Notes: generated by a model not told the origin, from the sequence alone. 62,763 nucleotides of DNA, filler included, from Choristocarpus tenellus KU-1152 (GCA_964200185.2; 8 parts of 8 records of this genome joined end to end with filler, not necessarily neighbours in it), one strand, 5' to 3'. Numbered from the whole stretch's first letter, positions 1 through 12,662 are shown. Numbers and translations are program-made.

Positions 1-89
1 GAATGCTGTAAGTGCTCTTCCTCTTGTCGGGGTCCGACTGGACATCCTTATATAGGTCCCCCCCCCCCCCCCCCTAGATTCTTTGAGCC
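1..89 (+). mobile_element. MITE family B, right half (truncated by window start)
   Basis: TGTAAGTGC...GGTCC...GACATCC...poly-C-TAGATTCTTTGAGCC matches the reverse complement of the left part of the copy at 31410. Confidence 0.75.
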
Positions 90-91
90 AC

Positions 92-683
92 TGTCGTAAC
101 TTAGGGTTAAGGTTAGGGTTAGTTCCTGATTATACCATTCATAGAAGGGACAGCAACCCTCAGGCGAAACCTAACCAAGTCTGACAGGTTGTGTCACAGG
201 CGATATGTCTTGATGGTGGTTTCATAAACACCATTATTATGACCTTGAAGTGCTAGATTTGATATATTTGTAATTCTTGACTATTTAGTTATTATTTAGT
301 TATTATCAGGTCGTACATCCTTGCCAGTTCCTTTTATATGATGATTTTGATGATACTTAAAAAGGAATAATCCAAGAGAGAGATCCAGCATACATGACGA
401 CTTGTGTATCAGGAGTCCTGTACGTGCATCAGCGTCATCTATAGGTCTGGTTCAAAGTATCTGGAAGGGGATAGTGGTTGTCCATTTGAGGCCCATTTTC
501 CATGTCGCATTTTTTGGGTGATTTGGCTACATGTGTCGGATGGATAATGTAAAATGTAAGTGCATTTTTCCTGGTGTAGATCCCCCCCTCCCCCCAGAAT
601 CTTTTTGCCCCTGTAGATTGGAGCTATAGATCCTGTGGAGGTAAGCTTATGGAGCGTGCTTTAACATGGAGGTCCTACCGAGA
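92..683 (+). mobile_element. LTR (TG...CA, 92-666) followed by tRNA-Gln-type primer-binding site (667-683)
   Basis: Starts TGTCGTAAC and ends TTAACA. It is followed directly by TGGAGGTCCTACCGAGA, complementary to the tRNA-Gln 3' end (...TCTCGGTRGRACCT-CCA). Segments 405-448 and 610-666 match 12750-12848 and the reverse complement of 11176-11270. Confidence 0.65.
449..609 (+). mobile_element. MITE family B nested in the LTR
   Basis: GGTTCAAAGTATCTGG...GTCCATTTGAGGCCC...CCCCCAGAATCTTTTTGCC. The flanks rejoin to give the uninterrupted sequence seen at ~12780-12810. Confidence 0.8.
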
Positions 684-845
684 CTTCCACCTTGCAACAG
701 TAGGGCGAAACCCAGAATTAGCTTTTTTCGAAGAAGTTCAGGGTTAAGGTTTTCTCTGATTGGGAAAATCTAATTTAAACCCCAATTCTCACTATTTTTC
801 TTTTTTTAGTTTCTGCACACCAGCAACCTTCGCCTTCCCATCTCT

Positions 846-1648
846 ATTCCCTGTAGATGAGGCAATGATTAAGATAATACCTTCAAGGACAGGGGCACAA
901 CAAGGCACAACAACAGGTGCCCGGTGGCTGGGTGGAAGAGGCACAGTGTCGACCCTTGACATGCCCATACCTGCCCTAGGGCAGGAGGACAAGTGCACGA
1001 GCACACACTAATGGTGGAATGCCTAGCCAACTCTACCGGGGGGAAAGGGCATCTTTGCACCATGGAGGATGGCAGCCCGCGCATAGTGGACCGGAAGTTC
1101 CACACATGGATGTGGTCTAGCATGATGGGGCACGCTGAGACGCTGTCTCAGCTCCCTACGGGTACAAAGCCCTCCTGCTGAATATTGCTTTTGTAGAAAT
1201 CGAACCAGGTTCCCATCTGCCCCACTCGTCCATCAGCAATGGTGTAGCTGCTGCTGCAGCCGAGCTGCAAAAGCGCTCCCGCTACTAGGGATCTTTCGAC
1301 CATTGCAGTTATAATCTCAACACCTTTGAGGTGGAGAGCTATGGACCCCTTGGATTGCACAGCAAAAATGTTCTTGGATGATAGCCACCCACGCAGTTGG
1401 GGGGAGAGAGGCAGGAGGATAGTGTAGGAAAGAGGCTGTCAAGTCCGCTTAAGACAGATGATATCAGGCAGTGCACAAGTGACTCTCTCGAGATGCGTCG
1501 AGGGTTTCAAGCTAGAGACATCAAGCAAGTGGGCTAGAACGGGTCTGTCAAATTCTTGGGATGCTTTCCCTGCTCCTCGCCCACCTTTGCAGGGCCAATC
1601 TAGGTTAGAAGCATAATAGTAGTAGTCGTAGTAGTGGAAGCAGTAGTG
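846..1648 (+). mobile_element. Decayed 3' end of an RLE (restriction-like endonuclease, CRE/R2-type) non-LTR retrotransposon
   Basis: Across stops and frameshifts it reads CP...HAHTCPRAGG.VHEH (zinc knuckle), HMDVV, KALLLNI, AAAAAELQKRSRY*GSF, TFEVESYGPLG and RLRQMISGSAQVTLSR. This is the motif order of RLE domains. It ends in a (TAG)n-like tail at ~1614-1648. Confidence 0.72.
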
Positions 1649-3501
1649 TATACATGACTTCATAGTTACCAACCTTCAGGAGCATTGTTGTATTGTCTAA
1701 ATTGAAATTATTTTTCAGAGAGGTATCTGTTGCATTGACGACAACTGTTATTTTTACTACAGTCATTTCTTACATTATTCAAATAGTATTTTTTGTAGAG
1801 AGGTATGTTTTGCATCAATTGCTATTCTGCCTTCTCCACAGCCCTTGACAATCTGTCTTCTTCCTTCCATCTTACAACCACTTTAGAGTACACAAATTGG
1901 CACGGTTATCTACTCCTGCATACTACTATTGATTCAGTAATCGGTGTTCAACTCTTTCCCTCTACAGTGCTTTCATTTCATCATCCTCCCCCCCTTTCTC
2001 CCCCTCAGTTTGTCTCCTGCCTTGCAATGTTGTAGGGCTACATAATGCTGATATTGTTTACAACCCTGGTTCCACTGTGTACCATCGAACTCTCTCTTTG
2101 AAAGATGCGGAGTCGGAGGTCGATCGTAGTGTCTCTCTCATCCTGAAATCGTTCATGGATGGGATCGGGGTCACTCTAGACAGTTCTGGAAGAGCCCTCC
2201 AACTCCGCCTGCTGCTGCCAATGGCCCTAGGCCTCAGTTATACAGTTGGGTGAGTTAGGGCGCGCTTGGAAATATCTGGTAGGCTTGCCCACTGGTGTCT
2301 TCTAGGGATGCCGCAGAGTCCCAATTGTTGCACGAAGGCCAAGCAGAGGGATAAATGACACATCAGGCAGAGTACCATGCTGGGGAAAGCTTTGGCCTTT
2401 GGATCCCACAGTAAGAGTGAATTGCTCTTTTGTGTAGTTTGATGAGATGAAGAGCTTGTGGCGCCGGATTTGGATGATTTTTTGGAAACGCCGTTGGCGA
2501 TGGGACGTGTTTGATGTTGATTTGTTGAGCTCTCCTTATTCTAAAGATGCCATCTGCTGTGGTATTGATGATATTGTTGAGGACAATATGTTCACATCAA
2601 AGTAGTGATAATATGTTGTGTGCTATTTTGTTTTGTTTATTTGTGTCTTGTGCTATATTGTATTGCCATAGTTAGCATACAAACCAGTGTTGCACCTCCA
2701 CTGCAATACTTGAACAAACAAGAAAATAATACTGGTATTCAGTTATATATTTGTTTGTCATCTTCTTAATGCCTATTATTTAGATCTAGGAGACCTACTT
2801 TTTGTAAAATGTTTATAGTAAATCAGCTAGTTTTGTAGAAAGAAATCGATATTTGATCTCCAAGATATTGATGATATTATGGATAGAAAGTTGTTGCATG
2901 AATTTATGTTTTGAAAGTTGTGCTTTATATGCCGCTCTGTTCCACATCAAATCCATAACCCACCTCTCCATCTCTCCTCTCATCCTCTCCCCACAGTCTC
3001 CAATATTCCCTCTCAGCACTTCACCTCTTGAGAGTCCAACTCTGGTGAGAGGATCAAAAGGGAAGGTTGATAATCGCAGGAGTAATGGTGGAAATGTGAT
3101 CACTCTGCACAAGCATATGAAGAGAGCTGGTGTCCATCGCTCCCATACAGCCAATGGGGGTGTAGGTAGGGTTGCTGTTGAAGACAAGGCAGTTGATGGG
3201 CCCCCTGCTCCTGTTGCACTACCCTGTGGACTCTGGTTCCTGTACTGGTGAGGTTGAGAGAGGTATAGGCTTTTGATTAACATGTCCAAGTTCCACAAGG
3301 CTGGGGAGTGGAAGTATGACGCACGTTTTATCATGCGTGGGCTGGCGAACATAATATGCTTGCTGTATGAAATGGCAAAGCCAGGCGATACTGCTGGGAC
3401 TACTAATTGGCAATGCCAGCACTAACTATAGTATTCAGCAATATTAGGTGGTATTCAAGACTATTGTGCACAGTGATTGTGTAGTTAAGTGCTAGAAGAG
3501 A

Positions 3502-3628
3502 GGCTCAAAGTATCTGGGAGAAGGTGGTGGCTGTCCATTTGGGGTCAATTTATGTATGTCGCGATATTTGTGGGTTATTTGGTTGCATATGTCGGATGGA
3601 TACTATAAATGCACTTTTCCTGATTTTG
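3502..3628 (+). mobile_element. MITE family B, truncated at contig end
   Basis: GGCTCAAAGTATCTGG...GTCCATTTGGGG...TGTCGGATGGATA...TGCACTTTTCCTG. Confidence 0.8.
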
Positions 3629-3728
3629 NNNNNNNNNNNNNNNNNNNNNNNNNNNNNNNNNNNNNNNNNNNNTTAATTAATTAANNNNNNNNNNNNNNNN
3701 NNNNNNNNNNNNNNNNNNNNNNNNNNNN
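3629..3728. other. Artificial contig spacer (44 N + TTAATTAATTAA + 44 N); the same spacer occurs at 8084-8183, 14575-14674, 28631-28730, 49192-49291, 51975-52074 and 56811-56910
   Basis: Seven identical 100-nt blocks with a six-frame-stop linker. A separate 10-N gap lies at 29597-29606 between poly-C tracts. Confidence 0.98.
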
Positions 3729-3821
3729 TTGCTCTGAACTCCATCCCTTCTCTGCAGCCCTACCCACCCCTCTCAATCCCCCCCTGATCCCTATTCCCCC
3801 CCCCATTTTATGCGCTTCCAG

Positions 3822-4803
3822 CAAGACCCACCCTCACCACCATTACAATCCTGCCATGGAGACACCACAACTGTGGGACCTTTGGGGGGAGGACCTGATG
3901 TATCATGCGGCTGCGCGGCGACTATTGAGAGAAGTGCGGCACCTGATGGCAGGCCTTGATGCGATGGCACCAATGGCCTGCAAGATGGCGTCAGCACTCC
4001 ACTCCCTACCCAGTGTTGGGGCAGGAGTAGGGGGGGGAGGGGAAGGAGAGGAAGCGGCGCTCCCAGAACCGGAGCTGCTTGTGAGGGTCCGAGAGGTGGC
4101 CTTTGCCCTTTGTTCTCGATACAGCCTGTCCCGGGATGGCCTTCTTGGTACAGCAGCGGCAGCCCTTCAGCACACCTCTGCTGGTGGCACGCGGCGCCTT
4201 GCAGCCCTGTGCCTTATCCTGCATGCTCTGGGGTGCTCTGTGGCTGTCGATGCTGCTGTTTGTGCGGCAGCCTCCCGGCTGTTGCAATGCTGCAGTGTGC
4301 ACGGAACTGCGCACCTTGAGGATCTGGGACTTCGGGCTGCAGTGCAGGCTAGGAAGAGAGTGTCCTCTACTGGAGGTGTAGCGGCGGTACCGGGGGCAAC
4401 TGCTGAAGGTGAATCAGAGATTCGAAGTGCAGAAGCTGCCGGGGTAGGTTCTGGAGGAAGGGGGGGAGAAGTGGACACGTCTGTGGATGCTCCTGGAGGG
4501 CATCTTTCTGGTGGGGCTGGTGGGGCTGGTGGGGCTGGTGGGGCTGGTGGGACAAAGTCTAAGCCAGAAGAGGTTGGGACTAATGCCCAGGATGGATCAT
4601 GTGCGCCAGAGGAGGTGTCGTTGGGTCTTGATGACCTCCGACCCCATCTGGTTGAGCTCCGGTCGGCTGGATTCCAGTTGGAACTGTGCCTATTGCTGCA
4701 TGCCGCTGGATGTCTGCGGCTGAGTTCCCGTGCCAGAGTCGAGGCGGCCATGGGTTTCCGGGTGGGGCTGCTGCTAGAGGCTTGGGGGAGTAGGTGTGAG
4801 CCC

Positions 4804-4840
<37 letters not shown>

Positions 4841-7839
4841 CTTTTTGTGTACGTCGTTAGGCTGAAATGTTTGCAACCTAAAATATATCCCTCTGTATTT
4901 TTGAACTGTCAGGACCAAATTTTTATGGCTTGCTTTTTTTTTTGTGGTTTGGAGGAGAAATATGTTGGTATGGTTTATGACAAAAAATATCACGCTGTGT
5001 ACGGTATTTTTGAGTGAAAAGAAAAGAAAAGAAAAGAAAAGAAAAGAAAAGAAAAGAAAAGAAAAAAAACGTTCTGTTTCGTTTTTGTTTGAAATTTACA
5101 TCGTACTGTACGAGGGTAGAGGATTTCAGTCTTCAGAGTCTTTTGAAAGGGGTTGACTTCGTAGATGGTATCCGACTGTGTAAACCAACTCTGATATTTT
5201 TGTGCTGGGAATTCTAGTTTTTTTTTTTTTAATGTCATAGGGGTGCCCCACTGCTCTCTGCAACGAGCCGTATTTGATCACTAGTTTGTTATCATCGCAT
5301 CCGGGACTATGCCGTTCTCTCCGACTTAGGAACTGTATCTGGCTATTAACAACTAACTGGAGATGTTTAATTTTTTTTTTAAAACTAACCTGGTAGCACA
5401 CCCGAGGGAGAGAGCCAGTGTGCGCAGAATTTCGGTACTAGCAGAGTACCAAACTGAAGATACTTTTTTTTGTACCGGTATTGGTCCAAAAAGGGGATAC
5501 AGTTATTGGTCCAGAAAGGGGTACCAGCATTGGTCCAAAAAAGGGGTACCGTGGCGATGAAAGCACATACGTAGATCAAGTGGTGAATTTTTTGATCATG
5601 AAGTTTAGTTTCCTCCCCTTTCGTGCGCAGGGGGATCTCACTTGGATACATATTTTTTTTTGCATAATTTTCTTTTGCTGCGACTCTTGAGAAAAATCTG
5701 ACAGGGTGAAATCTGGGACTGGTTGCCTGAACCAGTCTCTCGTTGTGTCGTGTCGATTTATTTCATGTTTTCTGAGTCGGCAGCGCTGCATTCGTTGAAT
5801 ATGTTCTGAATTGAATATGTTCTGTTCTGTTCCTCTTCGGCGAGAGAAGAGCACGGACGTGCATCCTCCTTCGCTTTGAAATTCTTTTTTTATTTTATTT
5901 TTTGAAGGGTTAGGGTTAGGGTTAGGGTTAGGGGTTTTTGGTCGTTTTTGGTCGTTTTTGCTTGGTAGTGTACACATATAGTACAGTTTTGAGGTGTTCG
6001 TTGTCGGCGAGGCGGGGGGGGGGGATTGACCTTCACTCCCCTTGCTTGCGCTGCTTTGTTTTAAAGCTTTTGGGTAAGTGTGTGCGTGTGTGTTGTGCAT
6101 ACACACAAACGCACACGGTGCACGTTTGCTCCCTCTTCCCCTCTTTTTCACCCCACCTGCACTGGAGCCTCCTTAATACCCCGGGGTGGGCGTGCGTTTT
6201 GAAGGCGTATTTGTTGAGGATGGAATATTGGAAGCTGTGATAATAGACTTCTGCCTTTGAAATTAACTCATCATGGCAGGGATGCAGGGTGCCTTTTTTG
6301 TGTGTGTAGTGCGAGAGAGTCTTTTATTATTATTATTATTATTATTTTATTTTCTCCTGCTGGGATCGTGGAGGCGTTTTGCCGTAGTGGTTGAGAAATT
6401 CGAGGCTGAGTTGGGTGTGTCGAGGAATGTGCTAGACATGTGCAAGTTACGGAGATGATATAGTGGTGTATTTTTCTAGTGTACATTAAACCTCAGGACC
6501 TTGGTGTTGAAAAATGAAAGACACAGTAGTCTATGCTGTGTGTGATAAACATGTTATTGGTGTGTGTGTGTGTGTGTGCCTTTGCCATGTAGTGCTATTT
6601 TTTAGCTCAGTATGAACTGTATAGAATATTATTAGGGTTAGGACTTGAAGATGATCCTTGGTGATTCTTGAATATTCTTGGTTTAGGAAAGGCAATGGGA
6701 TATGGAACTGTTTTTACCACTCCAGAAGTGCATGCCTAGTATTACATGGTGATCTGAAGGGGAAGTGGGACATCCCAGCCCATTATTGAGAAGTTTCCTT
6801 TTTCCTTTTAGATTGTTTTTGAGATCCCTCCCATCAGGTGCTTGCCCTTCGCATATCCCTCCCTTGCCCCAGCCCCAGCTTTGCAATGACAGAACAGTCA
6901 CCATGCCTTGAGCTTATCCCTACCAATGTTCATGTGTGCACTCCTGCCCTATGATAACAGGTATGACATCACATCTGCCCTAGTCACCTGTCCTCCAGCA
7001 CCTGTGGAGCTGGATAGTCTTGTCATAGCTGGCTGTGAAGTGGAGTCCTGTCCGCCAGCAGATAGGTTGCAGGAGGGTGCCCTAGCAGCAAGGCCTACAT
7101 CTGCTGTAGCAGATGCTGCAATAGTAGTATCACCATCAGATAGCTCACTTGGGAGCTCCCCAGTTGGTGCTGCTGGAGGGAGGAGCTTCAGCTCCCAAAT
7201 CTTAAACGGTGTTGGGGCATTTGGGGGGTTTGCTACAGAGGATGAGCCGCCTGACACTGAGGTGCCAGTGGAAGGGCAGGGGCATGAGCTGGGGGGGGCA
7301 ATAGGCAACATAAATTTCCATAAGGTGGACAGAAGGGGTGCAGAGATGATGCTCCAAGGTGCTGACCCCGGCAGCTTCCTGTTTCGGCCCCTTTCCTCGG
7401 AGAGTGGGTGCAGGAACGGTGATCAGATGGAGGCGTTTGTTCTTTCGGTAGCTGTTGTGCACCCGGGGAGTGGCAAGGGAGGGGGGCAGGGGGGCCAAGG
7501 GAGGGAAGGAAGAGTTCGTCATTTTGTAATTCGCTGCTGTAAGAAGTCGGTAGATGTTGGAGTTGATGGGCGTGATGACTGGGAACTAGATGAGGATGGT
7601 GAAAGGGTTTGGTTTTCGTGTGGCTGGGTAGGACCTGAGCCCACATTGGATGATCTGCTGGATCGGATTGATCTGCTGCTGCCGGCTGGTCTTTCCTCCG
7701 AGACCATGGTGGGTTCAGATGTGGGCAGGGAAGGGAGCGATAGCTTCAACAGGGTCCAGGGTGGTCATCGCCAGGAGGGGCTCGTGTCTACGGCTGCGCT
7801 AGACACCCCAGATGTGAGACTACTAGGGGCGCTAGCTAG
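3822..7839 (+). CDS. SH2-domain-containing protein, two internal exons (3822-4793, 6961-7839); gene incomplete
   Basis: Long GC-rich ORFs bounded by AG/GT, with a phase-2 junction giving ...AWGSR|YDITS.... SH2 signature: FHKVDRRGAEMMLQGADPGSFLFRP...FVLSV...VRHFVI...TLDDLL (~7310-7670). Confidence 0.8.
5016..5065 (+). repeat. (GAAAA)10 microsatellite in intron
   Basis: Seen directly. Confidence 0.95.
5478..5551 (+). repeat. Three ~25-bp tandem units ATTGGTCCARAAAGGGG(A)TAC
   Basis: Seen directly in the SH2-gene intron. Confidence 0.85.
5906..5933 (+). repeat. Interstitial telomere-like (TTAGGG)n; shorter tracts at 101-123, 9172-9187 (minus), 29053-29066 and 46911-46929
   Basis: AGGGTTAGGGTTAGGGTTAGGGTTAGGG. 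Confidence 0.9.
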
Positions 7840-8339
7840 GTGAGTTGCTGAAGAAATTGTGTGTTGAGGCCTTGGGAGTCGTACACACTGTCTTTACTCT
7901 CCATCACATCTCTTACGCTTCAACCCTGGGCATAGCTTCAGACCTCAGGCACACCTTAACAATGCACATGAGAAACGCAAGGGGTTTTGGTACTATTATA
8001 TATATATATTGCTTCTGCTACTGCTGTAAGTAAGGTGAAGGTGACGCCCTTACAAATCACATCAAGTCCCCTCCAAGCAGACCNNNNNNNNNNNNNNNNN
8101 NNNNNNNNNNNNNNNNNNNNNNNNNNNTTAATTAATTAANNNNNNNNNNNNNNNNNNNNNNNNNNNNNNNNNNNNNNNNNNNNCTCACTCCGCTAATAAA
8201 ACATATCCAAACCACATAAAGCAAAATACTCTACTTGAGTAGTTCTCTTTTGCATACTGCTGGTGTCTCGAATATAATGCCTGGCCTGCTGCTGTTGTTG
8301 TGTATCCAGGGCTTGGAGGTGCTTTATCTGTGGAGAATA

Positions 8340-8445
8340 GAGTCAAAGTATCTTAGACGGTAGAGCCGCGTCCGTTTGGGGACAAAAAAACAATGTTGCG
8401 ATGTTGATATGATTTTGGCTATATTGCTTTTGTTAGGAAACTGTT
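8340..8445 (+). mobile_element. MITE family A, 5' fragment
   Basis: GAGTCAAAGTATCTTAGACGGTAGAGCCGCGTCCGTTTGGGGAC matches the full-length copies. Confidence 0.8.
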
Positions 8446-9498
8446 GATCCCTGCATGAATTTCGTGCGTTGGAACGCCATCGATGACAGACTCCTCTCAA
8501 CGGAAACACAGTCCAAATATATAGTTCCAGGTGGCAAGTGCAAAAGATTGTACACCTGTATCAGCTTCTATAATGCTATACCACAAAAGGTGTTGGAACA
8601 AGATAAAAATCAGGGTGACAGTGTTGAGTGTCGAGTCTGATCCAAGACAAGATTGGAGGGAGGAGGAGGAGGAGCAACGACAGGAGGGATTGCTGTGAGC
8701 CCAACGGATGAGAATGTCACGAATGGAGCCAATACAATTAGTTATTGTGGAACAGTCAGGTACGTACAGCAGTTAGTATGGGATAAGTAGCGCAGCATGA
8801 GTGTGCCTCTGACCGTAGGTGGATCAGGGTAGTACCAAGGCTAAAAGGGGAGATAAGTATATATATATAAATACTACAATCGGAAATATTGATAACACTC
8901 TGTAATATCAACTACAATGTCTACTGTCGTAATTGCAGCGGCGTATGATGACTATTGTTTGCCTTCTACCATTCTTCATTTTAATCATCACATAGCGTGT
9001 ATTACGTACTCTGGGGTATGTACTGAGTATGACGTATGTGTGCACTCCAGTGTATGCCATCTACTGTGGAATAAACTGTATGAACGGCCCATAAATATGC
9101 AACATTTTTTCTTCAGAAAGGCTTGAATTTGCCAACATAAATGGTACAAATATGTTGTCAAGAAAAAAATCTAACCCTAACCCTAATCATGACTTCGTCG
9201 GTTGATACCGCTTCCATGACAGCATTAGTATTATTTCTGGCATGTGGAAATTAATGGATCACATGAACTTACAATAGACTGCACACAATCTACAATGAAG
9301 AAAGTTCACCACACCCATATTGGGAACATGACAGTTTGTCACACTGCTACAGTTTTACTGCGTAGAATTCACTTTGTATTACTGGATAGTATCAAAGTTG
9401 CACTCTACACAGTATCAACCAGGATCCCAGCATCAACTTTTTACCAGCAAACCAAGACCTCTCCATATTATGTTTGACTGCATCATTTGGTGCCTCGA

Positions 9499-9757
9499 GA
9501 GTCAAAGTATCTTAGAGGGTAGAGTCGCGTCCATTTGGGGACCAAAATCCAATGTTGCAATTTTGATGTAATCTTGTCTATCATGTTTGTTAGGAAGTGT
9601 CAATACCCATGTTCCGGACACACCTTTTCAAAACGTATACATTTTACCTACTCTGAAACATTGTGGAGTAGGTAATTGTCATTAAAAAAAACACGGGAAG
9701 TCTTTTCCCAAACGGACAAAGAGGGAAAAACTCGTACCCTCAAAGATACTTTCACTC
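9499..9757 (+). mobile_element. MITE family A (~260 bp, GAG...CTC TIRs, TSD TCGA)
   Basis: TIR GAGTCAAAGTATCTTAGAGGGTA / TACCCTCAAAGATACTTTCACTC, flanked by TCGA on both sides. Confidence 0.92.
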
Positions 9758-10750
9758 TCGAACAGAATCTTCAAAAGCTCAGGCCAACAATGGTGTGGCA
9801 AGCATGATGAACCTGATAAATAGTTGTATTCCAATTTTGTCTGTATACACTGTATTTGTGTGTGTATGCATTTGTGTTTTGTTTTGTCTCTGCGCATGTT
9901 GAAAGTCATGGAAGGACAAAGGTGTCACGTGGGGCTCTTGTCTTGGCGTGTATTGAGTGGTTTGGGTAAAAGACCAAGCTACACTTTCTGCTCATTGGCG
10001 TTACTAAACATAAAGAAACACACACCCGGTGGAAGCAGAAAAGACAGTATACAACGCCTACCAAGTCAGAAAGCACACAGGACGGAAGTCATGTCATACC
10101 GTGTCTAGATACCTTCCACTACAAGAATGAACACGACCTACACTCCTTCCCCCTGGCCAGCTTTTCCCAAATATGGAGTTGTTTCCCCAAAAGGGAATTG
10201 TTCCGCAAATGAGAAGTAGGCGGTTATACAGCAAGTATACCATATCAAGCTGCCTGGACCCTCTAAATTTCCTTGCAGAGAGCAAAGCACGTGCAGGGCA
10301 AGTTAAAAACAGAGAGGATGCATTGGCTGCCCATTCTGTTGCCACAGCATATATCATTCCTGAACACTGCCTGTGCCCACATCAAAGCTTTGCCCCATTT
10401 TTTGTACATTGGAGATGATGCCTTTAGAACACCTTGCTTCCAAGAACTAAGGCATTCCAAAAATTGCTCTCCACTCACCCCAACACCTCTGCCAGAATTT
10501 AAGCTTTTCCTCGCTCATTCTGTAACGGAGGTGGTGCCTTGATTACATATCACTTCCACCACCTACTTATTCCTACGTAAAACTCCGCCCCACGCATAGT
10601 CTTGATCCACAACGAAGTTCTGCCCCACGAATATTTCAAAGGAATGAATGATGCACTGGGTACATATTGGGTCATCCGCCTATCGTACTCTTTGGATAAG
10701 GGCTTTTGCACTCACCATATCCTCCGAAAACTAAACTCTGACTTACTTAC

Positions 10751-11150
10751 TGTAACGGAGATAGAGTATCCTAGCGAGCACTCCCATTCAGAAAGAAGCG
10801 TGTAGTTCTATTCGATCAATGTCCTACTACTTGGTCCAATAGTAGCATAATCACAGAATAAAAGTGCCACTGTAATTGCCAATTCTGAGAGGAGTCTGAT
10901 GGCCTGCAATAAATGCTGCTACCCCTGTCCACTTGGCCCATGCCAGTCTCATTCCTCCTGCTCTTGCCTCCACTTCCGTTTGCACGGAGAATGTGACTAG
11001 AACCACTACCCCCCGATTGTCGTATCCATGGAGGTCAAGGGCCAATCCTCCCGCCGACCCTTCTTATCCTTCTCGGTCTTGAGTGAAATTCGGAGTGCTT
11101 GCTGGAGGTCCTCATCAGGCTACTAGAGGTAAGGCGTGCAGCAGGTAGGG
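10751..11150 (+). mobile_element. Degenerate LTR plus PBS-like remnant
   Basis: Starts TGTAACGG. GGAGTGCTTGC|TGGAGGTCCT...TGCAGCAGGTAGGGC parallels 651-706. Confidence 0.4.
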
Positions 11151-11175
11151 CAATTGGGGATGGTAGTCACAAAAC

Positions 11176-11357
11176 TGTTTCAGCAAGCTCCATAGCTTAC
11201 CTCCACGGGATGTATAGCTCCAATACACATGACTATAGATGGCACTGGTGCCTGTACAGGATCCCTGAGATACTCCGACAGACAAAAGGTCCAACGAGGA
11301 TGTGAATATCAGGTCAGCAGATGAAGGCATACTCTCATTCAATGCAAGTGTACAACG
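11176..11357 (-). repeat. Short LTR-like repeat, inverted partner of 12663-12848
   Basis: ~180-bp reverse-complement match, including CCTTCATCTGCTGACCTGATATTCA and CCCGTGGAGGTAAGCTATGGAG. Confidence 0.8.
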
Positions 11358-12662
11358 TGAATTAAACGAGAGTGCTCAGTAAGTGGCGCTAGCCATTAAT
11401 CTATTACGAGTTTACAGACGCTGTAATACATCTGAAAACTGTTTTATTCTCAGGTAACATATCTTACTCTGCAACTTTGAGCAAATCTTACTTCCCCCTT
11501 TTTAGGGTTCCACGCGCCCGTTTACTGCTCGCACTGGTTAGAGCGCGAGAAATACATGCGCTGTTCACCTGTAACATGCCCCCCAGCGCAAACTAGGTAT
11601 ACATGTTTCACGCTTACAACAGGAGATAAGACCATAGATATCGTCTATAACCTTCATCGTGCTGCAGCAACATGTATTGGTTGCCATCAGATGACAGAGG
11701 GACTCCAGTTCAAAATTAGCCAGTTGTTTCCACACAGGAACTTCAAATAGGTTTCACAGGACTCCAAATTAAACTTAGCCAGATGTTTCCGACACAGGGA
11801 TTCCGGTTCCAAGTTCACCAGTTGTTTCCAACGATGATCGACATATCTCTTGTTTCTTCAGGGGGTAAATTTCCAGAAGTCATAAGACACAGTCAGAGTC
11901 TATAAATGTTTCACCAAATTAGAATATACACTACAATATATATATATATAACTCCGACTAGACCCAAAATAGATCAACAGATATTCTTGTTTTCCTTAGG
12001 ATAATTTGTCCCAAGGGTCACAGAATACCATCAGAGTCAGTTTACGTCTGGGCTAATCCGAGTATACACTTGTTCCAGGTGAACAACACCTTCAAAGAAA
12101 GTTACAAAGCACACATCTCCGACACGACCTAGAATAAACGGGTCCCCAGCTCCGACCTCCCCTATTACAAGTGTGATTAATGTTTATGTTTGTTTTCTTT
12201 GGAAGTGTCCATCCTAAAAGTCACAGGATACAATCTCACTTAATTTGCATCTGGCCTAATCCGAGTGTACGCTTGTTCTTTCTGAATCAGACCTTCAAAC
12301 ATGACAAGTATATAGCTCTGATTAGGCCTGCAATTGATGGATCCTCTGTTCCAATCTTCCCAATTACAAGTGTGATTGATGTATATGCATGGGCTTCTGT
12401 TCTGTGGACGCAAGGTTCTATTCTGTGTCTATACCATAAGTGCTGCTAAGGATTAGACTCACGACTCCTATACTATTCATGACCTACTGGATACTTGCTG
12501 ATTGCCTATCTCATGTCCTCCAAGCACAAAGTATACTCAAGGCTGCTAGTGCGCAAAGAAGGCAATTGCAAGTTTATACCTTACATTATACTTTTTAATT
12601 TTATGGAAGAAAACAACCCAAGAAACAAATAATTTATAAAAATTAAACAAAAAATAGATTCA

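Noticed and set aside
2200-2500. WDP...CxxC...PRR transposon-type motif on the minus strand
   Set aside because: Short, interrupted and not distinguishable from chance by eye.
3673-3684. TTAATTAATTAA palindrome recurring seven times
   Set aside because: Always centred in identical N blocks; it is an assembly linker, not biology.
5576-6151. 191-aa ORF containing PNPNPNP
   Set aside because: Translation of telomere-like and other microsatellites inside an intron.
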